Below are positions 47,401-57,700 of a stretch of DNA of 64,000 nucleotides, one piece after another. Numbering within the stretch: the first letter of the stretch is position 1; each line of letters starts with the position of its first letter. The stretch is from Balanoglossus misakiensis (Eukaryota; Animalia; Hemichordata), in the NCBI GenBank assembly GCA_040954595.2, contig CM082582.2:13366327-13430326 (forward strand), in the 5' to 3' direction. The notes below the pieces were generated by a model. The model saw only the letters and a program-made list of their open reading frames with translations, was not told the origin of the DNA and did not search any database. The translations under genes were made by a program, and so were the position numbers.

Positions 47401-50400
47401 CAATTGCATGACTAGCAGCAATGTTTTCATCTCTCAGTCTGAATTTGTGGCATTTTGCAACCCACTGAAGCAAACCTTACTCGCTTAAGCACCACAAGTC
47501 AACTGGAAAACCCACTTAGGGAAATATACATGGTTGAACTGCTAGTAGACTGTGTTTATGCAGCTGCGATACATCAACCCACAAAAACTTTTCTAGAAAC
47601 AGTTGTCACAAAGGATGCCAAATGTATATGTCATGATGCTAGGTTTCTAAACCCTTTCACCCCCATGTCCCTGTATAGAGGTCTATCTTTACCATAGAAA
47701 TCAATGAGTTTGGACCAAACCACGGTGGTGAAAGAGTTAGATATAAATATCAAGTCTAGGTTCGTGGTAGGGTGAACTGTGTTGTTGTGGTGCTGCGTAC
47801 ATTCCTAAGACACAAGTTCTTTTAAGCCATGGTGACTTCGAGTTTCCATTCACACACTTCATGTCACATATACCAGTCTTAATTAGTCCAGGACAGTGAA
47901 GAGTTATCTGCTGCAAAAGTGCACATGAGCTGATGGGGGTTATTTTACTCCCCTTTAATTATTCCAAAAGTAGTAATATATAACGTGAAAGTTCACAAAC
48001 AAGCATATTATTCTGTTTTACTTGTGCATCAAAAGTACACACTCTATATCACCAGCAGTTTCTAACTTAACAGTGTGTCTTGCTGATTCTGGTGTGATGT
48101 CTTCTGCGTGCTAAATTAGTTCAGTATAATAACAGTTTATTGATGGGGAAAAGTAGAACTTGCCGCCAGTGGCTTTCCTTTTTTCTAACCTTTGAAAGAA
48201 TTTGTGTTGAAAGTTAACACTCGCATCAAGGGATACATGTACTTTGTCATTGTTCAGAAACAAATGGCAGTCAAGGACAATGTCACGTTAAAATATCAAC
48301 AGTGTTTTCTTTTGTGATTCTTTTTTAGTTCTGGGATGTGACTTCACCGAGACATGCTCAGTCTGTATTGGCAGCAGGTCATCCAGTGTGGAGAGCGAGA
48401 TATACAGTAAGTGTCGCCTTTGTGCGTTTGTCGTTCAGTGTGAATGAAATAGGGTTGCTAGGTCACCGAGGGTCAGTGCCACTCCAGAGGGAGTTCAGTC
48501 ATTTGCTTCTTGGGAGTTTTATTCTGGGGCTCCCTCAGTGGGTGAAGCTCTACTATGCATTGCTGTCAAGATATTTATGTGTACAGTAAATAAAGTTGTG
48601 TGTTCTAATAGTTGTGTGTCTTAATAGAAATGTTGAGGTTTTAATCATAACATTGACATTTGTTATAGCCATTTGGTAATGGACTTGTGACCTGCATAGT
48701 GCCACAATTGAGGAGAGGTGAAAACAGTCTTTTTCTTTGGGACACCGCAAACCTGAGTGCACCAGTTCACACATTTCTCGGACACTCTGATGTAGTTTTG
48801 GAGTTTCAGTGGAGAATACCACATGGAGGTAAGGGAAAATAAAGTGATATCATGTTATCTGTAGTCATCCAACAAATATATGTATGAGAATGCTTTTCTG
48901 CATTTAACCACTCCAGGAAAATCAGTTTCAACATAGAATTCTTCTAGAAAAAACTTTGAAAACAGTGGGAAGGTTTGGGACTTTCAACCATGTTTCAACA
49001 CTATAGCTATAAAACCTGTGACAATATATTTCATTGTAATTGCTTTGGTCAGACAACACAGATCATCAGCTGGTCACCTGGTCCAGAGATCACACATTAA
49101 GATTGTGGAAAATCGATTCTCATCTGCAGAAGGTAAGAATAATTTTGTCTTTTCTGTATCCAAGCAGCACAATCTACCAGATCTGGAAGAATCCTGAAAA
49201 TCCATCTTTTTTGTTCAGTGTGCTTCAGTGAAAAGCTAAACAGCCTTGTGGCAATTGTTTTGATTTCTGTAGCTGTGTGGAGCCGATCACCCAGACACTG
49301 CAATCAGCGATGAAAAGACGACGGGTGAATCAGCAGAGATGGATGAGGTCAATGTCACTCCGGCCAGTGAGGAAAGAGACGGCAGTGAACTTGGAAATGC
49401 CAACGCTGTTTTGGGCGACCAATCACTGACAAGAGGAGTCAACGAACAATCCATGAGTGACACTGTGGTCACCATGACATCAGGACAACCACAGACTCTT
49501 CAGCAAGAGTTTTCTCTGGTGAATGTGTCCAATATTCCAAATGTTACATTGGAAGAGGTAATCAGTTATTCAATTTTTCAGTTAAAGCTTCTTTAGCTAT
49601 TAATGTCGACAATTTGTCACTGTTTTACATTTAACTGCTGGACTTCCTAAAGCACTGTGATTGCCTGGTGCTTGGCCTATCAACACAGCTCCATGTCAGA
49701 ACTGTCAGCATTTTTGTTGTTGAAGTTGGATTCTAGTCCAGGCGAGGAGTCGTTTGTCAACAATAACTATGATCATTTCACATATACAGGATATGTTAAC
49801 AAGCAGAATACTGGAATACAATGATGTTTCATCAGGCTGTAGGCAGTACAACAAACACTGCAATAGTATTATTAAACAGTCAGTTCTGGTCTGTAATTTG
49901 TATACTCTCCATATATTTACTCCCAACAGATGGATGCTATGAACAGAAGTTGTATGATCTCAGCCATGAGCGGTAACTTGATGGTCAAACTTTCCACCAC
50001 ATTTCCATTTAATTACCCAAACAATGCAGCCCCCACTTTTCAATTTATCAAACCAACAAGTCTGGACTCCAAGACCAAGGCTAAATTACTGAAGGTAAAT
50101 TTGATCACTTTATGTGGTGTATTTGTCTTTTGAATGATGTTTTCTGATTGATCACTCTATTACCCACAGGAGACTTCGAAGTCTTTCATTTCTTTAGAAT
50201 TAAGTGTTGCAAATGTTTTGATTGTATAAATTTGATGCTAACAAAATGAAAAGCCTGCTGCCCATGTTCATGTTTTTACAACAAATATTAACCACATCGT
50301 GCATAATATTCTAAATTCTCTTTTCAGATTCTACAAGAAACTTCACAACAACATGTTAGAAGAAACAGAACCTGTTTAGAATCATGCATCAGACAACTCG

Positions 50401-53400
50401 TCAGTAGCCTAGAGTCACTTGCAGTGAGTGTCATGTTTGCTTTTTTTATAGACAAGGGTCTTACTCTGATGCTACTAAAACCATGGAACTTGATTTTCAA
50501 GCAAAGTACCCCCATCGTGAAAGATGAATTATTCTTTCATTGACATGGCCAGTACAAGAGTTTTTATGCATATTTTGTGTTCATATTCTTCCATATAAGT
50601 CTGAAGAAAACATTCAAGATGGTTCTCAGATGCCATACAACTTACAGAATGTACAACCATCAATGCCCATGATTCCTGCCGTCACCTACGGGAGCTATCA
50701 AGATAATAATGTCCCATTCCCTCGGACGTCTGGCGCCAGATTTTGTAGTGTAGGTGAGTGTGTGTAAAAGACCACTGCAAGCTTCAACTACACCATTTAT
50801 GTCTACTATCTTGTTTACTGTGTGATGCTTGTCTTAAAAGAGAAAGCATCAAACCAGCTTAAATACTGAAAAAGATTTCACCACAAATTTTATGACTTTA
50901 CAGTATTTTGCAATCTTACAATGTACATTGTATCCTTTTAGGAAAGCTAGTATGTTTCACCAGAGCAGGCAATTTCAAGAGAAGCAGCAATCAAGAAGGA
51001 ACTCCAAGGTATGTGTGTGTGTGTGTGTGATATAATAGTTTTGTGACAGACATTTTCCATGTTCCATCTCCCACAGAAAGGGGCCATTTAGAAAATGCAA
51101 TCACCATTAAACTGAAAATTCAAAATAACATCAGCATTACACCCATTGTCATATTCTTGTAAAGCCGACACCAGCCAAAGTATAATATCTCTTTTGCCAC
51201 AGATCACTAGCAACATTAGGAGCGTTCAGGAACCCAGCCCATATGAATGTTATACCCAAGAAACCCATTGCCATACCCTTGTCGAGTCGACAGCCCTCAC
51301 AGTCATCACAGTTCATAGGCAGTCCGAAGAGAGAAGCAGATGTCTCCATCAGTACATATTACAAAGAACGGGACAGTCATTCCAGAGTGAGTCTGTTACC
51401 CAATCACTTATTGATAATTTTTGCATATACCGATACATACTAAATATGTTTGATATGACTATTTTGGGTGATATGTGCATCTTTTCTGCAGAAAATTCGT
51501 GGACGCAGCGCTTCTAAGTTACGCAGTAAAGATGTCACAGGTGAACCAAGCAAACCAGGGTTGGTACTCATCTATGAGACAGAGAGACTTTTACCGGTAC
51601 ATCGGACACTGGCACAGAACTATGTGTAAGTCAGTGTGAAGACCATATTTTATTAATAATATAGTTTATGTGAAATAAGTATGCATGCTAGAACAAATCT
51701 CAAATCATCAATTCTGAATTCTCATCTCTCATTTTACTTGGCAGTCTTGATCCATCTGATGTTCCTGGAATGTGCAGTAAGAATGCCAGTGTGGCGCTTG
51801 CAGTGGGCAGAAAAGATCTGGTGCAGGTGTGGTCACTGGCAGCCCTAGCAACTAACAAGTCACTGTCACCATCCAAGGACCCGGATGTTTCCGCACCCTG
51901 GGCTGTCCATCCATTCGGCAGGAGATTGCTGTCATCAATGTGAGTTGGGATGTCGGGGGGGAGGAGTGATAACTGCCAGTGATTTGTGTGGGTGCATGGC
52001 TGTGTCTGCCTACTTGGATTTATTACTTGCCCACAACAGTCAAATATCACATATAGGCAAATGCATAGCCAGTTGTTGCAAGAACATGGGCACATGCATT
52101 TCACAGTATTTAGTATTGAATTTTGACATCAGCTTTTTTTTAAATCCAGAATCGAGAAGTACAGTGCACTACATGATGTGCAGACCTTAGCCATGTTGTG
52201 CTGTGCTTTCAGTCCGCCGCCAAGGACAGGTGACCTTTTCAATGATTCAGGTAGTCAAATAGCAAGGTCAAGTTCACAAGGCAGTATTCCTCGTAATGTA
52301 AGTATCTCCTTGAGTTATGGCAATTGCAAATGAATGCAGGAATCTGCTGTGTATACTAAATGAAAGACTGGATCTGTTAAGAGATGTGTGTGTCTGTATC
52401 TCTTTCCAGACACCATTTTGTTTTTGATCTTTCATGGAACGAATTGAACAGGGTGTGCTGGAAACTTAACTTGGCCATGGAACCACCTTTTTCATGGGTA
52501 CGGTTTCACCTGAGTGGTCATGTGTTGTAAGTCCAAGTTTGAATCCTGTAAATTACAAGTCTTTTCTGTCACTGTTTAATTCATAGGCACGACTCTAACT
52601 GGGAAATATTTTTTCCCCTCTTTTTCCATTTCCAGTCAAGCTTCTCGTTTCTCCAGAATTTTTATCCAGATTCATTTTACACCAATGCTAATGACTGGTC
52701 CATAGGCAGTGGTGGTGGTCTGCACCAACAGAGTGTCAGCTGGTCAACTGATTCACCAGATGACTATCGGTTTTCAACCACCAGCCTTGATCCAAAGGCA
52801 TTGGAACGAGAAATGCATGAAGAAAGAACACAGTGAGTTGAATCTCGTTTTGGTGTGACTTGTAAATGGTAATATTATGTGTACATTGTAGAGCTGTGGG
52901 TGTCTTCCATACTGTAAAACGTTTTTTTTTCTCGACAGGAAATGTTTGCGATATCAAAAGAGGCAACTGTTACAAATCAAGAAATTGGTGGAACATCACT
53001 CACAACCAATCAGCATGTGAATGTTTAATCTCAAAAATTTAATCACAGTCTTCCTTTTCAGCCTTCTGAATCCCAATTTTATCCTGCAATATGACGAATT
53101 CAAGAAAGCCTATGCTAAGATACTTTACAAGTGGGATCTGAAAGAGGCAAGGGCGGACATCTTGAAGTATGTCTCTTCACCCGAACAGCCTCATGCAGGG
53201 ATAGGTTAGTATTTTTTGCAAGATTTTTCTGCAAGTAAAGATCAAAATGACTGGATGTCAGTGTGGATAGATCACCTTTATTGCAAAGTTTGTATCTGTT
53301 AAAGAATAGAGTAAGGAACTTAATCTCTTTACTTCAAGACACATATCTGTGTTCATGGAAGTGTTTGTAGAATGTAAGAGTTTGGATGTGTATTGACTTG

Positions 53401-54099
53401 AATGGATATGTATTCACATCAATTTCTAATGTAAACATGATTTATTTTGACCTGTAATTTCAAGAATGGCTCTTTGTGATGTATCTTTCTAAAGAGTGAA
53501 TATTTTTATTGGCCTTGACTCTCTCTCTCTTGCACAGAATTTGGTACATACTGTCAACATTGTCACCATGAGGTTAAAGGTCCAAAGTGCCATGAATGTC
53601 TAGGCTATAGTTTTCAGTGCGCTGTATGTCATATAGCTGTGAAAGGTAAGAACTGTTATGATGCCCTCACAGGTTGAGTTAATGAAGAAACCTGCTCACA
53701 TACACAATAAATATACATTTATGAAAAGTGAACCCATGGCTCTCCATTGCTGAAAAGAAAATATTTTGTCAAAATAACTATTCCTGAGAAGTAGTATTGT
53801 GTTCATCTTAGGGCCCGTAAACAACAATAATAATGAAAAGGCCAAATGTTTCCACTAATTAACCTTGAAAACAATAACTGTACATAGAATTAATCCTTTA
53901 TTTACTGTTCTATAAACCAACAGGTTCATCCAATTTTTGTTTGACGTGTGGCCATGGTGGACATTCCTACCACATGTTGGAGTGGTTTCAAACTCAAGAT
54001 GTGTGCCCCACTGGGTGTGGCTGTTTCTGTCTTCAAGAAGATTTTCAAATCTACGGCAGAGAAAGGAGTGATAGTTTTGGACGGTCAACTTTCTTGTAG
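32481..54099 (+). CDS. WDR59: GATOR2 complex subunit WDR59 (WD40 propeller, RWD-like domain, C-terminal zinc finger/RING), complete, ~1005 aa
   Basis: 24 GT-AG exons join in frame (3018 nt): 32481-32531, 33477-33526, 34130-34265, 34596-34681, 44571-44651, 45395-45432, 46610-46698, 47231-47347, 48329-48406, 48669-48828, 49053-49132, 49273-49557, 49930-50094, 50328-50423, 50600-50753, 50942-51008, 51203-51386, 51492-51625, 51745-51939, 52150-52297, 52636-52832, 53062-53204, 53538-53645, 53924-54099. Signature peptides: MAARWSENIVAEHRELQANAMAVDC, YIAAHLSKIHGLDW, PVWRARYTPFGNGLV, QLVTWSRD, YQDNNVPFPRTSGARFC, PWAVHPFGR, DVQTLAMLCC, FQCAVCHIAVKGSSNFCLTCGHGGH...CPTGCGC. Confidence 0.96.
32818..33130. 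repeat. Compound microsatellite (TTTG)n, (ACA)n, (TTCA)n in WDR59 intron 1
   Basis: tgtttgtttgtttgtttg..., acaacaacaacaac and cattcattcattcattc... are directly visible. Confidence 0.85.
36970..38022 (+). CDS. Nested uncharacterised protein A (350 aa) in WDR59 intron 4; N-terminal basic coiled-coil-like segment, long disordered body, C-terminal APTIASQQR motif
   Basis: 1053-nt ORF in otherwise stop-rich intron DNA, with a GC-richer, coding-like composition. Good start context (AAAATGG) with an in-frame TGA 24 nt upstream. Acceptor CACAG|C at 36941/36942, candidate upstream donor AAG|GTAATT at 36546/36547, and AATAAA at 38326. Confidence 0.75.
   Translation: MANALSLRVMRMNNMEDWKLQQRKAKLEKDKKCSLKSIHYEIMDTRKIVGHRRMSHAVLKPVTHVARRPSAPCVPRLPSSKDGQTVTFNCEEESDNTSNWIDYDDDDDSDGWIDFVEKLNTDKETRVETAAKNAHVSENGWNIQNTNDAAPLEKKKFCPFGRPMSQTHFADAYGCRARGDSYKPRPSSFSGFTNREQPPPIQRVASRSKLDPRPTRSAGSMRVTRSAGKGSAGSLMRRPQSVGGASMITDTPTAENASYLLKLFKMIDDVNTPLARRMLRRQTTPVTNNMFFTSPASPYRIAAQSPNPNRAENGTGRTKKKLSYTAPTIASQQRFMITMAQTRAPGIKSH
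40920..41984 (+). CDS. Nested uncharacterised protein B (354 aa from MAAKKKKK) in WDR59 intron 4; probable diverged paralog of protein A
   Basis: The frame is open over 40803-41984, and the best start is AACATGG at 40920. The protein has a basic N-terminus, a heptad-like segment (DRVKLNLELKLLDKAQTHSIILLNTHINRLK), an acidic/Ser-rich middle, RRPQTA, a poly-basic tract and a C-terminal APTVASRQR. Confidence 0.75.
   Translation: MAAKKKKKFMSISEEKALRTNGVDRVKLNLELKLLDKAQTHSIILLNTHINRLKIASRNIETSSGSSVRYLKQRTKDTEEKNRTYFMYGERLENRKFYKRSSLLWDKIDKSAYDDEESDKVEDTGPIYPPLESLLETSSESEDDGESYYTHEYTESGYEYVDSGFSDSCLGSSNWSRSSSPSMKSARSHKVKSVPSSARDRSPGSSHEMFRRPQTAAAGSQSQLPAKVEGHERKTRSAMVRQASHPKFSWWHGIVDYGNQDREKEIPPRRHLNAYFPHLGTGEEEPEKMPSVKVKKIQGKEEEAEKEKKRKKKKQKRRTWSLRSSVFAPTVASRQREYSAFLVGRSVHSKSKGS
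44376..44450 (+). mobile_element. ~95-bp piggyBac-like MITE, copy 2 (5' truncated)
   Basis: atggtttggtcaaatccattgttttctatggtaaagttggatctctgtagatgaaaatgggagtgaaagggtcaa aligns with copies 1 and 3 and ends in GTGAAAGGG-TCAA. Confidence 0.65.
47647..47740 (-). mobile_element. ~95-bp piggyBac-like MITE, copy 3 (inverted)
   Basis: Termini ACCCTTTCACC ... GGTGAAAGAGT form inverted repeats flanked by TAAA/TTAG (degenerate TTAA). The reverse complement aligns to copy 1 over its full length. Confidence 0.7.
51011..51029. repeat. (GT)n microsatellite right after a WDR59 splice donor
   Basis: atgtgtgtgtgtgtgtgtg. Confidence 0.75.
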
Positions 54100-54624
54100 T
54101 CAACCCTGTGGACTTGAATTCGGACTTGTTTTCGTGAATCTATTTACTGATTCTGTTATTTACAATGATGGATGTATATGTCTACCTTCATCTGCATTCC
54201 GGACACTCAGTACCACCAATTTAGATCCTGTTGAAATTGTCATTTTTCTCTTATTTATTTATTGGACCTGGTAATTAACGTACCTTGAATGATATTGATT
54301 ATTGTTTAATGAACCTAATTTGATGCCTTATTTTCATGAGAATTTCATACCCTGTGCAACATTCAGATTACATGTATGTGAGAAGATTTTCCAGCAACTT
54401 TCGGATTGTATGAAGAGATATTCCAGCACTTAATTCAATGATCTGAAGTATGTATCTGTCAACCCTCAGTGTTGTTGAACCTCTGCAACCGTTTTTTTCT
54501 TCTGGATTTTAATCGTGTAGCCGATTCACACAAAAGTCAAGCTTGATGCGATAGTCTTTCATCCATGATACAAGATGGCCCTTTTACCTCTGTACTAAAG
54601 GGATGGATTATTTAGTGGATGTGA

Positions 54625-54630
54625 AATAAA
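54625..54630 (+). terminator. Candidate poly(A) signal of WDR59
   Basis: AATAAA about 525 nt after the stop codon, followed by GT-rich downstream elements (54665-54716). Confidence 0.55.
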
Positions 54631-54754
54631 ATTTGAAGTTACATATTTGTATATAAAGGACAGTTTGGTGTTAGTGCTTTCTATGTAATATTGTGATGTG
54701 TGGGGATGTGTGTGCCTTGGAATGAATCCATTCTTTCAGATCACAGGTAACGTT

Positions 54755-57700
54755 TGCAAAGTCGGGAATTTGTTATTTTAGGATGATTTTCATGAGCTAT
54801 AACCCATGATTTTTTTCAAAAAATGAAATTTTCACATTTCGGAAAGTCGGAAAATCGTCCTCTTTGGGTGATTTTCATGAGCTATAACCCATGATTTTTT
54901 TTTAAAAAATGAAATTTTCAAATTTCGGAAAGTCGATAAATTGTCATTTTTTGATGATTTTCATGAGCTATAACCAATGATTTTTATCAAAAATCGAAGA
55001 CATTTCGAAATTTCGCAAAGTCGAAAAATTCTCATTTTCTGACGATTTTCCTGAGCTATAACCCATGGTTTTTTCAAAAATCGACCAAATTTTGAATATT
55101 CGCAAAGTCGAAAAATTCTCATTTTCTGACGATTTTCCTGAGCTATAACCCATGGTTTTTTCAAAAATCGACCAAATTTTGAAAATTCGCAAAGTCGAAA
55201 AATTCTCATTTCTGGATGATTTTCCTGAGCTATAACCCATGGTTTTTGTCAGAAAACCACCAAATTTCGAAAATTCGCAAAGTCGAAAAATTCTCATTTT
55301 CTGACGATTTTCCTGAGCTATAACCCATGGTTTTTTCAAAAATCGACCAAATTTTGAATATTCGCAAAGTCGAAAAATTCTCATTTCTGGATGATTTTCA
55401 TGAGCTATAACCCATGGTTTTTGTCAGAAAACCACCAAATTTTGAAAATTCGCAAATTCGAAAAATTCTCATTTCTGGATGATTTTCCTGAGCTATAACC
55501 CATGGTTTTTGTCAGAAAACCACCAAATTTTGAAAATTCGCAAAGTCGAAAAATTCTCATTTTCTGACGATTTTCCTGAGCTATAACCCATGGTTTTTTC
55601 AAAAATCGACCAAATTTTGAAAATTCGCATAGTCGAAAAATTCTCATTTTCTGACGATTTTCCTGAGCTATAACCCATGGTTTTTTTCAAAAATCGACCA
55701 AATTTTGAAAATTCGCAAAGTCGAAAAATTCTCATTTCTGGATGATTTTCATGAGCTATAACCCATGGTTTTTGTCAGAAAACCACCAAATTTTGAAAAT
55801 TTACAAAGTCGAAAAATTCTCATTTTCTGACGATTTTCCTGAGCTATAACCCATGGTTTTTTCAAAAATCGACCAAATTTTGAAAATTCGCAAAGTCGAA
55901 AAATTCTCATTTCTGGATGATTTTCATGAGCTATAACCCATGGTTTTTGTCAGAAAACCACCAAATTTTGAAAATTCGCAAATTCGAAAAATTCTCATTT
56001 CTGGATGATTTTCCTGAGCTATAACCCATGGTTTTTGTCAGAAAACCACCAAATTTTGAAAATTCGCAAAGTCGAAAAATTCTCATTTTCTGACGATTTT
56101 CCTGAGCTATAACCCATGGTTTTTTCAAAAATCGACCAAATTTTGAAAATTCGCAAAGTCGAAAAATTCTCATTTTCTGACGATTTTCCTGAGCTATAAC
56201 CCATGGTTTTTTTCAAAAATCGACCAAATTTTGAAAATTCGCAAAGTCGAAAAATTCTCATTTCTGGATGATTTTCATGAGCTATAACCGATGGTTTTTG
56301 TCAGAAAACCACCAAATTTTGAAAATTTACAAAGTCGAAAAATTCTCATTTTCTGACGATTTTCCTGAGCTATAACCCATGGTTTTTTCAAAAATCGACC
56401 AAATTTTGAAAATTCGCAAAGTCGAAAAATTCTCATTTCTGGATGATTTTCATGAGCTATAACCCATGGTTTTTGTCAGAAAACCACCAAATTTCGAAAA
56501 TTCGCATAGTCGAAAAATTCTCATTTTCTGACGATTTTCCTGAGCTATAACCCATGGTTTTTTCAAAAATCGACCAAATTTTGAAAATTCGCAAAGTCGA
56601 AAAATTCTCATTTTCTGACGATTTTCCTGAGCTATAACCCATGGTTTTTTCAAAAATCGACCAAATTTTGAAAATTCGCAAAGTCGAAAAATTCTCATTT
56701 TCTGACGATTTTCCTGAGCTATAACCCATGGTTTTTTCAAAAATCGACCAAATTTTGAAAATTCGCAAAGTCGAAAAATTCTCATTTTCTGACGATTTTC
56801 CTGAGCTATAACCCATGGTTTTTGTCAGAAAACCACCAAATTTCGAAAATTCGCAAAGTCGAAAAATTCTCATTTTTTGACGATTTTCTTGAGCTATAAC
56901 CCATGGTTTTTGTCAGAAAACCACCAAATTTTGAAAATTCGCAAAGTCGAAAAATTTTCATTTCTGGATGATTTTCATGAGCTATAACCCATGGTTTTTG
57001 TCAGAAAACCACCAAATTTTGAAAATTCGCAAAGTCGAAAAATTCTCATTTTCTGACGATTTTCCTGAGCTATAACCCATGGTTTTTTCAAAAATCGACC
57101 AAATTTTGAAAATTCGCAAAGTCGAAAAATTCTCATTTTCTGACGATTTTCCTGAGCTATAACCCATGGTTTTTTCAAAAATCGACCAAATTTTGAAAAT
57201 TCGCAAAGTCGAAAAATTCTCATTTTCTGACGATTTTCTTGAGCTATAACCCATGGTTTTTGTCAGAAAACCACCAAATTTTGAAAATTCGCAAAGTCGA
57301 AAAATTCTCATTTCTTGATGATTTTCATGAGCTATAACCCATGGTTTTTGTCAGAAAACCACCAAATTTTGAAAATTCGCAAAGTCGAAAAATTCTCATT
57401 TTCTGACGATTTTCCTGAGCTATAACCCATGGTTTTTTCAAAAATCGACCAAATTTTGAAAATTCGCTAAGTCGAAAAATTCTCATTTTCTGACGATTTT
57501 CCTGAGCTATAACCCATGGTTTTTTCAAAAATCGACCAAATTTTGAATATTCGCAAAGTCGAAAAATTCTCATTTCTGGATTATTTTCATGAGCTATAAC
57601 CCATGGTTTTTGTCAGAAAACCACCAAATTTTGAAAATTCGCAAATTCGAAAAATTCTCATTTCTGGATGATTTTCCTGAGCTATAACCCATGGTTTTTG

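Noticed and set aside
48407-49052. Apparent missing WDR59 exon (absent from the + strand ORF track)
   Set aside because: The exon is present at 48669-48828 (PFGNGLVTCIVPQLRRGENSLFLW...), so the gene is intact and not a pseudogene.
52410-52497. Possible poison cassette exon in WDR59 intron 20 (TTTCCAG|ACA...TGG|GTACGG with an in-frame TGA)
   Set aside because: The donor is weak and such pseudo-exons are common; there is no independent support.
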